Shown: positions 25,701-38,380 of the stretch, in pieces
Numbering within the stretch: position 1 is the stretch's first letter
Layout: every line of letters begins with the position of its first letter
Assembly: GCA_043228905.1 (NCBI GenBank)
Contig: JBHGNT010000013.1
Span: forward strand, 5,146,001-5,210,000
Direction of reading: 5' to 3'
Length of the DNA stretch: 64,000 bases
From: Azolla caroliniana
Lineage: Eukaryota > Plantae > Polypodiophyta
Position numbers and translations under genes: made by a program
The notes under the pieces: generated by a model
Database searches by the model: none
What the model was told of the DNA's origin: nothing
The model's input: only the letters and a program-made list of their open reading frames with translations

Positions 25701-28006
25701 GAAACCGGAACCGGCCAAGACCCCGAATTGGATTCGGATGAAGAACAAATAGAGGATCCGGTTGCTAAGAGACAAAGACGGAGATATCCTCTCAGAGAGA
25801 GAAGGGCCCCCCGGAGATTTTCGGATGGAGAGCATGTGCTACTGACCAATGAGGGGGAGCTGGAAAGCTTCGAAGAAGCGAAAGATGACACCCATAGCCA
25901 CAAGTGGTTGAGTGCCATGCAGGAGGAGATGGATTCCCTACATGAGAACCACACGTATGAATTGGTGGAGTTGCCGAAATGAAAGAGGGCACTCCGAAAC
26001 AAGTGGGTGTACAAGTTGAAACCGGGAGATGCCGGCAACCCTCCAAGGTACAATGCTAGGATCGTGGTGAAGGGGTTCCAGCAGAAGAAGGGCGTGGACT
26101 TCGATGAGATATTTGCCCCGGTAGTAAAGATGACTTCCATCTGGACAATGTTGAGCATAGCGGCAAGCATGGACCTCGAGGTAGAGCAGTTAGACGTGAA
26201 GACGGCGTTCCTCCATGGCGATCTCGAAGAGGAGATCTACATGCAGCAACCGGAGGGATTTGTGAAGAAAGGGAAGGACCACCTGGTTTTCCGGTTAAAA
26301 AAGAGCCTCTACGGGTTGAAGCAGGCTCCTCGGCAATGGTACCGGAAGTTCGACTCCTTCATGACTGATCAAGGGTACCACAAGACGCGGGCCGATCACT
26401 GCGTATTTGTGAAGAAGTTTGAAGGTGGAGACTTCTTGATACTCCTCTTGTACGTGGACGACATGTTGATCATCGGATGAGACCAAGTCAAGATACGGAT
26501 GTTGAAGAAGGCCCTGAACCGGACCTTCTCAATGAAAGACTTGGGTCTGGCAAGACAGATGCTGGGGATGCATATCATTTGGAACCTGCCAACGAATCAA
26601 TTGTGGCGGTCATAGGAGAAGTACGTGACAAAGGTGCTTCAATGGTTCAACATGTCATATGCGAAACCGGCAAACTGTAGGTTATCCGGTAAGCAAAGCC
26701 CGAAGACGAAATTAGAGAAGACGGATATTATGAAGATACCATATGCCTCTGTTGTCGGGAGCCTAATGTACGCAATGGTGTGTACCCGACCGGATATCAG
26801 ATATGCAGTCGGAGTGGTGAGCCGGTTTATGAGCAATCCCGGCAAGGAGCACTAGAATGCGGTAAAATGGATACTCCGATACTTGAAAGGCACCTCAAGT
26901 ATGTGTCTCCGATTCGGCTCCGGTAAACCCCAACTTGACGGTTTCACCGATTCGGATATGTCGGATGATGCGGATACCAGCCGGTCAACATCCGGATATG
27001 TCATGACATATGCGGGGGGAGCTGTTTCGTGGCAATCGAGACTGCAGAAGACGATTGCATTGTCAACCACGGAAGCGGAGTACATGGCGGCTGTGGAAGC
27101 CGGCAAGGAAATACCATGGATGAAGGAGCTAGGGATCCGGCAAGAGGAATATCGACTCTATTGTGACAGTCAAAGTGTCATCCACCTTGCGAAGAACGCA
27201 GCGTATCATTCTAGGATGAAGCACATCCAGCGGAGGTACCAATGGATTCGGGAGCGAGTAGAAGACTGAGAGTTTGTGCTGATGAAGATCCACACGGAGG
27301 AGAACAGGTCGGATATGCTGACCAAGGTGCTGACGCCCGACGAGCTAGATGCATGCCGGAAGCGAATTGGACTAACGAGGCATCCCATGCCGGAGTGAAG
27401 GGGGAGTTTGTTAGGATTTCGGTCCCTCCGGATGGGATATGAGTACCCGGTAAGCAAGACCTAGTGAGAACCGGATGACGAGTACCCGGCAAGGAAGACC
27501 CGGTGAGAACCGGATGTTGCAAGCCTGGTGAGAACCTCTCACCAGATGAAGGGACATATATGTAGATATGTTTCTGAGAGCCCATTGGGGCGATATCTGT
27601 AAAAAGTTCCAATGTCATATTAGTATAAATATGACCTTGGGCAAACATTGTGTGTGTGTATCATAGTTGTTGTCATCGCATAGTGCTATTTTGTGTAACG
27701 GCTGTACAAAGAGTGAGAGAGAGAGAGCGATACAGAGCATGCCTCTGTTGTAACCGCCGCCCGGCGAAGATTGTGAGCAAGAGGTCGTTGCCTTTGTGCT
27801 CCCTGTTGTATTACTTGACATAGTGATAGTTTGGAGTCTTTGGACTCTCGTGGTTTTTTCCCTCTCAGGGTTTTCCACGTTAACATCCTGTGTATTCTCT
27901 TTTTGTTCGTGTACTTACCTCCATTCCCATTTCTTCTACGTTTGATTATCATCAAGTGATCTACGCTTCGGTTGTGGCCAGAAATTATTCCGCATATTTC
28001 TCGTCA
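22772..28006 (+). mobile_element. Full-length Ty1/Copia element C (Tork/Tnt1-like, related to A), pseudogenised
   Basis: LTRs 22772-23394 and 27409-28006 with internal tandem repeats; TSD GAAAA (22767-22771/28007-28011); PBS TGGTATCAGAGC at 23398-23409; PPT GAAGGGGGAG at 27397-27406; gag-PR-INT-RT-RH with several stops. Confidence 0.96.
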
Positions 28007-28862
28007 GAAAAGCATGAAGAAAAGAAGATTGAACATGATCCCAAGAAAGGATAAGTTGAGCTTGAGGGGGAGTGTTTAGAAGCAAGCTCAACAAAGGTAT
28101 GTGATGCTTATTGAGAAATAACTTATAGTAGCTATTAGCTAATTAGCTACTAGTGGACATAAAGGTGAAACAACTATTTAGCTATGCACAGCTATTTAGC
28201 TATTGATAACTAATTAGATGCATATGTAAGTGACTTATATACTTAGGTAAAAAGAAAAAGTATGGAGTAGAGTGAGAGTGTGTGTAGAGAGAACAAAAAA
28301 TAGAAAAACAGACGAGAGCGAGTTGAGCTTTGTGCGTAATGAAATAGAAGAAGTTTTTTGGTTTGCTACATAGAGGTAAGTCTCCTTCCCCTTCCTTTCT
28401 ATCTTGAGCACTAAACAATCCAACACATCATGATCCGTTGTGCACACAGAAGAGTCGTAGTGCCTTCGTATCAAGGATGTCTCCTACTAACACCCGAGGG
28501 TGTTCAGATGTTTGGTGTATATGCATGTGGCTAAGGATCAAAGGTCAAAGCTTGACTGTAAGTCGAACCATGCATATTCATGGGATACTCAGAGGACAAG
28601 TTCGACTATAGGTTGTGGGACTTAGTCAATAAGAAAGTAGCAAGGAGTCAAGATGTGGCCTTTTTGGAAGACAACACAACTGAGGACTGGAAGCAATAGA
28701 GTCGGAATCGACTTCCTAGTCATCTCCCACTACTATCGACTTAAGGCCAAGTCAACCGACATGGTCGGCTGTTCAGAGATAGCTAGTTGTCACAGCCAAA
28801 TCCAAGTCAATCGACTCAGAGCAACCGACCAATACGTATGAGTCGGAGTCGGTGAACCTATT

Positions 28863-29257
28863 TGTCACAGACGGGTAGCTGAGGGTAAATACTAAGAGAG
28901 AGCGAGAGCATAAGCAAGAGAACAAGAAAGAGAGAGAATAGACAAGATAACAAGAACTAATATTATGCTTTCGTAACTGGTGTTGTTCACCTTGATTGTA
29001 ATCAAGGTGCACCCGAGTATTTATACGAGAATGTGGAGGTATGCATATAAGCTAGATAACTTCTAGAGAGTGCATGAAGATGCATTCTCTAGAAGTTTCT
29101 TAAAAGTTCTAGTGATTAACCTACAAAGTTAGAAGTTGAATCTTATACAATACAATAATGCATAGATGAATGTAGCTCAACTAGTAAGGTTGCCCGATAA
29201 GACTAGGAGTTCATGGGTTCAACCCCCTATATTCTATGTGGCATCCTGTCTATGACA
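28863..29257 (-). mobile_element. Solo LTR (395 bp)
   Basis: TGTCA...TGACA termini; TSD CTATT (28858-28862/29258-29262); TATAAATAC on the minus strand at ~29017-29025. Confidence 0.9.
29166..29234 (+). ncRNA. tRNA-like module (A box + B box) inside the solo LTR
   Basis: TAGCTCAACTAG (A box), GGTTCAACCCC (B box) at tRNA-like spacing; flanks GAATGTAG / CTATATTC can pair. Confidence 0.5.
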
Positions 29258-31181
29258 CTATTAAAGTCAATCGAGGAATACAAGTCGGAATTGGCTAACT
29301 CTCAACGACCGATTGACACATATGTACCCAAGCCAAGAGAATAGTCGCCAGAGACATCCGAACCGGAGCCGAAAACATGTGGAAGGAGATATCCACTCAG
29401 AGAAAGGAGAACACCAATGACATATGCTAGTCAATACATCCTCTTGATTGATGAAGATGAGCCTGAGTGCTATGATAGAGCCATGGCCAATGAGCACAAG
29501 GAGAAATGGCAAAGTGCAATGCAAGACAGGATGGACTCCTTGCATGAAAATTATACCTACGACTTGGTGGAGCTACCAAAACACACCCAGAAATAAATGG
29601 GTCTGTAAGGTGAAAACTGGAGAAGTCGACAACACACCCAGATATAAAGCCTACATAGAGGTGAAGGGGTTTCATCAGAAAAACGTGTCGACTTTGACGA
29701 AATATTCGCACTAGTCGTAAAAATGTCATTCATATGAACTATTCTAAGCCTAGCTACCAGTATGGATCTGGAGATTCGAACTATTGGATGTCAAGAGAAC
29801 ATTCTTGCACAAGGAGCTAGATGAGGAGATCAACATGCAACGGCTCGAAGGATTTGTAAAGGAAGGAAAAGAGAACTTGATGTGTCGATTGAACAAAAGC
29901 TTGTATGGTCTGAAACAAGCTCCACGCCAATGGTACAAGAAGTTTGAGTTTTTCATGCTAGAAGATAGGTTGATCATTGTGTTCTTCAAAAGGATTGATG
30001 AAGGTGACTTATTGATTCTCCTATTATATGTGTATGACATGTTGATAGTTGGACAAGACACGAAGAGGATCGTGAGCTTGGAGAAAGCTTTAGGCAAGTC
30101 GTTTGCTATGAAAGATCTTGGAACGGCTAAACAGATCTTGGGGATGCACATAGTTCGAGATAGAACTAAGAAAGTGCTATGGTTGTCACAAGAGAAATAT
30201 GTGACAAAGATCTTGGAGAGGTTCGACATGTCGGAAGCAAAGCTAGTCGGCTTTGTGTTGCCAACCAACCACAAGTTGAATGCTAAGCAATGCCCAAGGA
30301 GCGAGAAACAAAAGGCTGAGATGAGGAAAGTACCATATGCCTCGGTTGTTGGCAATTTAATGTATGCTATGGTCTGTACGAGGCCAGTCATAGCATTTGT
30401 TGTGGGGGTAGTAAGCTGATATATGAGTAATCCAGGATAAGAACACTTGGCAGTCGTCAAATAGATACTCAGGTACTTGAAAGACACTTCGAGGGTATGC
30501 CTTAGGTATGGTGTCGCAAAACCTATACTCGAAGGTTTTACCGATTCGAACATGCCGGGGGATGCAAATTCCAGCCAATCCACATCATGGTACGTGATGA
30601 CCTATGTAGGGGGAGCAGTGTCGTGGCTGTCACAACTGCAGAAGTCTGTGGCCTTGTCGATCATAGTGGTAGAGTATATGGCAACGATAGAGGTCGACAA
30701 AGAGCTGATTTGGATGAAAAACTTTCTCAGTGAGTTGGGAATGAAGCAAATGGAGTTATTGCTTCATTGTGATTGCCAAAGCGTCATACATCTAGCCAAC
30801 CAAGAATGTTGTGTACCACTCTCGGACTAAACATATACATAGGAGGTATCACTGGTTGTAGGAGAAAGTGGAAGAACAAGAGTTTACCCTTGTAAAGATC
30901 CATACTGACTGTTGAGCAAACAAGCTCATCCGGATCTGGATCAGCTGAGTAACCTAGAGCCGGATCGGTATCTAGAGTGGAGAACTGGATAGGTACCCAG
31001 ATAGATCGGTATGCGGAACCTAGAGCCAGACCGGAGAACAGGATAGTACTCTGGAATAGTGAGAACCGGTAGGCCGTTCGAGCCTACTGTCCAAGCCTAG
31101 TAGTACATAGGCATATGTCTTGGAGTCAGTGTAAGTCGCTCATATGAGCATTGAAGTACATATCAGTACTTTTGTCAGTCC

Positions 31182-32046
31182 CATGGTTGTTTACGTACCC
31201 GTATTTAATGTTTAAATACGTATAATACCTCATAATTTGTATAGTGTGTACTATACCTCAATGTTGTTTAGTCAAATATCATATACCTTTGCCCAATATG
31301 GTATTTAACATACATGTGAAAAAATAGGTATAATATGTATTTATAAAACAATGTAAGGAAAACCCCAACAAGAAATAAAACAAAAAAAGATTTTAGTGAA
31401 AAAGAAGCCAAAAGAAGGAAGAAAGAAGAACATAAGAGATGAGGACGACAATGAAGAAGAAGAAGAAGAGAGAAAAGAAGACAAAAACTTGTCCTAACTT
31501 TGAGTGTGATAATTGCACAAGATTGAAGAAGAATAAGACGAAGATAGAAACCTATCCTAAGTGTGATAATCACAGACAATTCCTCAATCTATGAAGGCAT
31601 AATCATAAATCATTACAATTTGAAGTAGAACGTCGTGATATACACTTACATTGATTTATAGAATAAGTGAATGTTGACATCCATAATACAAGTATTTTAG
31701 GATGTGAAATGTTCATATGTCTTATATGCATTTTAGGTTGTACATCACAAAATTGTGTAAACATATATATTTTTTACAAGATTACAGATATTTTTTATAA
31801 AGATAAATAATTTTCAAATTCTACAAGTATTTAACGTACTATACGTAGAATACGTATTTAACGTACTATACGTAGAATACGTATTTAACGTACTATACAT
31901 AGAATACGCATTTTACGTATTTTATAAGTATTTAACATATTAAAAAACGTATTTAACGTATTTTTAAATTGGGAAGTACTATACACGTATTAATACGTTA
32001 TATACGTATGGCATACATACCGTATCTAACGTACCTAACAACCTTG
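31182..32046. mobile_element. hAT-type MITE (865 bp) in the LTR of element E
   Basis: TIRs CATGGTTGTT / AACAACCTTG; 8-bp TSD GTCAGTCC (31174-31181) / GTCAATCC (32047-32054); subterminal TACGTA-rich repeats, including a 27-bp unit x3 at ~31827-31910. Confidence 0.82.
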
Positions 32047-35046
32047 GTCAATCCTTTTAAGGACTTGTATAAAAGTTCTAACTGAGCACATTGGATGTAC
32101 AGAGTGATATTTTGAAATTGAGTTTATGTTGTTCTGCTCTCTCTCTGTCTCTCCCATGTACTCTCTATGTGGTTTGAAGCTTCCATTAAACCCGTGTATA
32201 TTTCTTGTTAACATACGGTGAAGTCGGTTAGCTCTTCAAGCTTCTACACATAATTCTTTTCATGGTATTAGAGCGCGAGGGTTGAGAATCCTCTGTTGCC
32301 AACAGAAAGCCTAAGTAGACCAAAGAAAAACTAATTTCCGAAAAAGAGAACAGACTGAAGAAAGAATGGACAGAGGGATGGCAAGCTCTCTTCCAACGGA
32401 GAAGCTCGATAGAAGCATTTATGCATCTTGGTCTTACAACATGCACCACTACCTGCTCGGACATGGTTACTGGAGTTATGTCGACGGAGCGAATGAAGTG
32501 GCACCGTAGCCGGCACACAAGGACTTCCCGTCATGGGAGCAAGGAGCGAGTAGAGTGTTGTATTACCTCACGTCCTATGTGCATGACCAAATGCTCGCAC
32601 TACGTTGAACGATCAGAAAGATCCGAGACCGAAAATACCGGAAAATGGCTAGCCTTTATGATGAAACACAAGGCGAAGTCGATGAAGAAGACCACTTCTG
32701 GATTGCAGGAAGTGCGGTACGTTGACTACGGAATGTCTAACCGCCTGACGTGCCACGAAGAGTGGTTCTCATTTCTGGAAAAGCTAGAGGAACTGGGATT
32801 TGTCGAGACTGGAGATGACGCTCCTCACCCGATCGTGCATGTCAAAGAAGTTCCATTCAGTCATGTCCAACAAAAAGGGAAGTTTATGAACGTGCTTCAC
32901 GTTCCGACAATCATAAAGAACCTGGTGTTAGTCGGGCTGATCGTCAACCACAGGATGCAAGTGCGGTTTACACACCTCGGGTGCCTCATCAAGGAAGAGG
33001 GCCAAGTCATCGTGCAAGGGCGTCGGGACGGGAGGATGTTCATCCTCGACACAACGACGTCAGCACCGCTTTATTTGCAAAGGGTCAAAAGGTCGAATCG
33101 GATATCAACTTATGGCACAAGCGGATCGGCCACGTCAACTATTAGAGGCTTCAAAATGTTACCCGTTCCTTTGGGTGAACACCTTCGATAGATCTGCGGC
33201 TATCAGTATTCAAGGGCGTGGTACGTGAAGGCTCGTAACAGAGGCGTCGAGAGAGAGACAATGCTCAGAGAGAAAACACTAACGAGATCTTGGTAGGGGT
33301 GGGCGGCGCTCAAATCATAGGTATGAATCAACGCACAGACACATGGAGCAAACTTGGCACAATTCAGATATATTACTGCGACAGAAAAGATTACAGAACA
33401 CGGCCTACGACCGGTGACCTTACAAGATTATCTAATTACGAGGGACTCAGCTAGTCCTCCGACGACGTGGATGGTGCCGAGGTTTGTGGTACTTCACTGG
33501 GCCCGTCTCTCATGTCAGTTTGCATGCGTACGGAATTATGTTTATTGGCCGTGTCGATCCATTCTTTTGCTACCTGACATACTTCATCCTGGATTTGCCA
33601 CTGAGTAGTCTGCGCTTTACTCCAGGTAGTGATCGTTTGAACATCGGCCATGATACTGTTCACCGCGGGTGCCTTGCCACGGTTGGTTGTTGGACATTGC
33701 GTGGCGTAGTGGCCTGGTTGGTTACATTTAAAACATGTCACATTGGCCGAGCTACTGGTGTCCGGTCGGTCTGTGTGTGGAAGTTGTTGTTGTTGATTCT
33801 CAGTCTCGTTTGGTGGTGGGTTGTTCCGAGGTGCGTTGGAGTTGCGCTGGTCATTTTGAGGAGCGTCCCGTCGGCGGTTGTCATTAGGTCTTCTATTGTT
33901 GCATGTGTTGCGGTTGCCGTTTCGCCGATCAATGCGTGAGTTACGTCGGTCATACCGGTCATTGCGATCGTCATCAGATCGAGCATAATCGTCGTGCTGG
34001 TCATCGCAATAATGATCGCGGCGGTCATCACGTCGGTAGTCGTTGTCTCGGCGCCGTCAATCCGGGGATCACGGTCGGTCGTTATCCTGGTCTCGGTAGA
34101 CATATCGCTCATCCTGCTGAGAGTATGTATTTCGTGGCTTGATCTGGCGGACCGGTGCCGCCGTTGTGCGGTTCAGCATATTATATTCGCACTACTCGAC
34201 CGTGTGAGCTCGAGACTGACAGATCGGACACTGTGGTCGGTGGGGACATTCGAGGGCCAGGTGCCCTGATCCTGAACACGTCGTGCATTGGAGGGCTTGG
34301 CGAAAACGATTGTCCTCTTGGGGAAGAGCGTTTTGCAAGGATGTCATTGAGAAGGCCGTGCCGTGCTGGGTCCGATCGAGGGTGAGAACGCGCGCTATGA
34401 CTTGTTCGATAGTATGGTTGGCGAAATTTGTAATTGCGAGAGTCATTCGTAGAGGCTCTCGTAAACTGGATAGGAAAGTGTCTGGTATATGTTGTGCCGA
34501 GACATCATCGGCCACTTGCCTGTAGAGATCCTGGAACCGGATCGTGAACTGCGCGACCGTTTCGTGCGGTTCCTGGCATATAGAGAAGAATTGCCAGAGC
34601 AGTTCCCGTTTGTTGTCTGTCTGGCCGGACTAGCCTCAACACAGGTGTCTACCCGACACTTCTCCAAAGGGGTGGTAAGGATTGGATGCTAGGTTACACG
34701 CATAAGATAATTATAATTAAGCACGGACGGCAAACAATACGAGATAGAGATAAATACATAATGATTACTATTGTATTACTTCCGTCAAAACACTTTACAA
34801 ATCATCGGATCCTTTTATAGGCATCCGGCAAGGTTACAATCGGTGCGCTTAGGCAACCGACATCCGAATCGGTTCGGATCCGGATCGGTACAACTGTACC
34901 GAATCCGTCCCTCCGAATAATAATTCTACTATTACTTCCTATTATCCGATCCGATTCCGCCTTCCCACTTGTCCTTGCTCTTCTGACCGGCCAACACATG
35001 GCACGCCCGTGGGAAAGTGCCTTGCACTTCGAATCCACTCCCGGCC

Positions 35047-38000
35047 TCAGTCTTCCTCCAAAATATCGAGCACACTTTGCTCGATAGTGTCAAGTGGTGC
35101 TTCTTCCTCCTGTTCCTGTTCCTTGCCTGCCTGGTCTCCGACCTCCTGTTGGGTAGGCTGTTCCGTAAAAATTTTCTGCTCCGGCTCTGCTTGATTCCGT
35201 GGTGCCGGTGCTTCCTCACCGCTTCGTCCGGGTTCTTCCTGTTCTCCCTCCGTTCCTGGCTCTGTTCTGTTACCGGTGTCGCTTTCTCCGGTCTCGACTG
35301 GTCGACTTGATATGCCTCCTTCCTCTGCCCTGGTGTCTTCCGGTCTCAGCTCTTCTTCTTCTCCGGCATCGGTCCGCTCCTGCTCTTCTTCAAGTTCGTC
35401 TTCAGGTATTCCTTGTCGGGGTTGTTCGGTGTCGGTTGGTTCATCTTCATCCGGTCGCGTTCCCTCACCAATAGTGGTTGGCGTCGTTCTTCCCTTAGCT
35501 TCATGTCGTAACCGGTCCTGCTCGTATCTCTCCAACTCCAACTGAGTTGCGAGCTGCCCGTCATCCAACCTCTCTACCAACCTTCGGATTTCTTTGAGGT
35601 GTTCTTCTGCTAAAGTGTAGAAATCCTCCGACAATTCCTCCCGAATGGTGACGATACTTTCTTCATCCATCTTGTAGAACCTGTCCCCGGTCTTCTTCCG
35701 ATTCTCGGCATTCGCTCGGAGTGTCTGCAGCTCGGCTGCCTGTTGTGACCACTCCTTCCATAGCTTTTCCGTACTTTCGTTGATACTTGCCTGAGCTCGG
35801 GTACTCCATCCTGACATGATGAGCTTGATCCGGTCAACTCCTGCCTTAGCATGCGCATAAGCTTCCTGCTTTTCCTTCCTTGCCCGTTTTATAATGTCGG
35901 CCATTATCTGAGCCTGGGCCTCGTAATCTGCTTTCTGCTTTTCATAGGTACTCTGCAGTTTGCTGATCGTGAAGGTCGATTTTTCCTTTTCTTCATTCCG
36001 GATCTTGGTCAGGTCCAGCTTTTCCCGCCTTAGCGCCTCTAATTCCTTCCTTCTCTCCGTTGCTTGGGCTATTTCCGCCGACAATGCTTCCTTGTTGGCA
36101 CTCACCTCATCCATCGCCTTAGCCAGGTCTAATCGGGTCTCTTTGAGCTGCTCTTTCAGCTTCTCTATTTGCCGGTCGTAGTCTGCTGCTCGTTTTTTGT
36201 TGTCCGACTCGGCCTGCTTGTGATCTCTGTAGAGACGGTCGAAGTCCTCCGTCTTCTGCTTCAGGCGTCGGTTTGCCTGAGCTCTTAACCGATCGTCCCG
36301 GTCCTTCTGTTGTCGGAGTTCTTCCTGCAGTCGTTCTATCTCTTGTTCAGCATGTCGACGTAGTCGGTCCTTCTCCTTCTGCAGCTTCTCTTTTTCTTCT
36401 TGCAGTCGGTCATTAGCGGCTCGACCTTTCCGGAGGCCTTCTTCCATTTTTTGTCTGTCATCCTCCACCGCTTTCCGCTGCTCCCTTTCTCTTTCCCTTA
36501 ATGCCTCCTGAGCTTGTAACTCCTCTCGTAAGGTTTCTATTATTTTTTCGGTCTCAGGGCCGGTTTGCAAGGCTACCGGTTCCGGTTCCGGTTCTGGTTG
36601 CTTCCTTATTGTCCCGACCGGCTCGGTGACAGCTTGTGCTTGTTGAATTCCTTCCCTTGCCTGCAACAGCTCCCCTTGCATTTCCTCGATCTGTGTTCGG
36701 AGCGCGACCAACTCCTGAGTTGTTGTATGCGTCAGCTGTTGCCGACACGTTTCTTCTTTCTCTAACTGGTCTGCTACTCCCGATAACTGCTCCGAAAGCC
36801 ATCTCAGCCATTGTGGCTTTGTTCTTCCTATTTCGGGGTGGCCTTGCTCACTTAAGCCAGGCTGATTTTCCGGCCTCTTCTCTGGCTCCGGCTCCGGCGC
36901 TCGTTCCTTCTTCTTCTCTGGGATGACCGGTTTTCTGAAGTCCCGCCCAACCGGTGTCGGTGCTGCTTCCCTGGGTACAGGTTCCGGTGCTATTTCCGCC
37001 TCGGCTACTGGAGATGGTCCTTGCGCCCTCTGCTGAGTTCTGTCCACTGGTGGAGCCGGTCCTTTCGCCCGTTTCTCCCGACCTTGTCTTGCTGGGAGTC
37101 TTACCAGTGGTTCGGATGAGTCTTCTGTTTCAGTTTCCTCCTCCGGTGCGGGTACCAGACGGACCTTTTGTCTAGAGACCTCTGGTTCCGGTTCCGGCCG
37201 TCGCAGCGTTATATGGATTGGTTTGCGCGCTACCGGTTCCTCCTCAGCCGCTTTCCCTTTGCGTTTACCTGCCGGTTTTGCCTTTACCTGCCGGTTTTGC
37301 CTTTGTGGCCGGTTCCTGTTGCTGTCGGGATGGTCCTTCCCCCTGTTGTTCTGCTTCTTGCGGGGTCCATCCGGGGGTGTGTTTCTCCAAGATCTGTCGG
37401 CGCTTTGTTATCTTTTTCGGCGTCATCTCCTGCCGACCTCTTTTCTTTTGTGTGATGGGGAGTACCGGTGGGACTAACACCGTTAGCCATTGTGCTATCC
37501 CGGCCCATGGCTTTTTTCCTTCCACCAGATTTTTGATGGCCTCCTTCAATCCTTCGGTTATGAAATGGAGCCAGTCTTTTTGTAAGCCCTCGTACGATGC
37601 TATCAAGAATGTTGCCCGATACTTGGCTATGGCTGGGGGACGGGGATTCACGAATCCGTATTCCATCATAGCGCGGGCCACTTCTCCGAACAGCAGGTTC
37701 TCTCCGCCCTGCGTTCGGTACGCCTTGCTGCTGATAGAGTATTCCCCGAAATATTCGAACAGGATTTCACTGGAAGGGTTTTCGATTGTTTGCAGTCCTC
37801 CTGCTTTGATCCATTGTGTCGCTTGTTTTCTGATTGCCTCCTGGGCCTCCCACTCGGCGGTCTTTCCCTTTGACCGGGTTGTGACCTGCTGTACTTCTGT
37901 TATTTCGGCTGTAACCATGTTGACTTCCGGCTGCTTGTCATAGCTTTTGCTTGGGCATTGGTTACTATAGTGGCCTTCCTTGCGGCAGTAATAACAGTAC

Positions 38001-38380
38001 ACCTTGTGACTGTTGCTCGTTTCTCCTTTGTCCCCAGTTTGGAGGGTGGGTATGCTCCGGCGGTCGTCTTCGGTTTTTCGGTTATCCGGTACGGATACCG
38101 GGTTGTCATTTCTTGCTGCCTCCCGACGTTCCTCTCTTCGGAAAAATCCACGCTTCTGATTCCGTCGGAAATTTCGGTTCCCTTGTCGCCTCTCTTCTCC
38201 GCGTCGGTCGTATTCCGGGGCTTCGTCTCGGTCGTACCGGTCCCTGGGGTAGCTTTCTTTGCGTCTCTCCTCTCGGTCATAGTTGTCGCGTCTTCTATCA
38301 GCGTATCCTTGTCGCCTCTCTTCTCCGCGTCTGTCGTCTTCCGGGGATTCGTCTCTGTCATACCGGTCCCGGGGGTAGCT
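35047..38380 (-). pseudogene. Gag C-terminus fused to a long coiled-coil/acidic extra ORF; broken only by a 19-bp duplication
   Basis: ORFs 37265-38392 and 35047-37047 join in frame if one copy of TTTACCTGCCGGTTTTGCC (37264-37301) is removed; the intervening frame is stop-free by manual translation. Confidence 0.75.

Larger units (their letters stand above)
13845..28473 (+). mobile_element. Ty1/Copia element B (decayed), host of elements D and C
   Basis: LTRs 13845-~14237 and 28073-28473; TSD AGGAT (13840-13844/28474-28478); PPT GAGGGGGAG at 28064-28072; coding 14340-14666 and 18772-22771 (gag, [13 protein letters not shown], RNase H); PBS heavily degenerate at ~14241-14252. Confidence 0.93.
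7837..30909 (+). mobile_element. Old Ty1/Copia element A (Tork/Tnt1-like), base of the nest; 3' end not found
   Basis: Probable 5' LTR ~7837-8320; degenerate PBS TAGTATGAGAGC at 8324-8335; coding pieces 8349-9313 (gag, CFYCGKPRH, WVIDSSASFH), 12936-13844 (integrase), 28479-28862 and 29263-30909 (RT, RNase H) rejoin across the TSDs. Confidence 0.85.

Noticed and set aside
35047-37047. Envelope protein or captured host myosin/SMC gene
   Set aside because: No signal peptide or transmembrane segment, no motor/ATPase motif, no introns; coiled-coil similarity alone is uninformative
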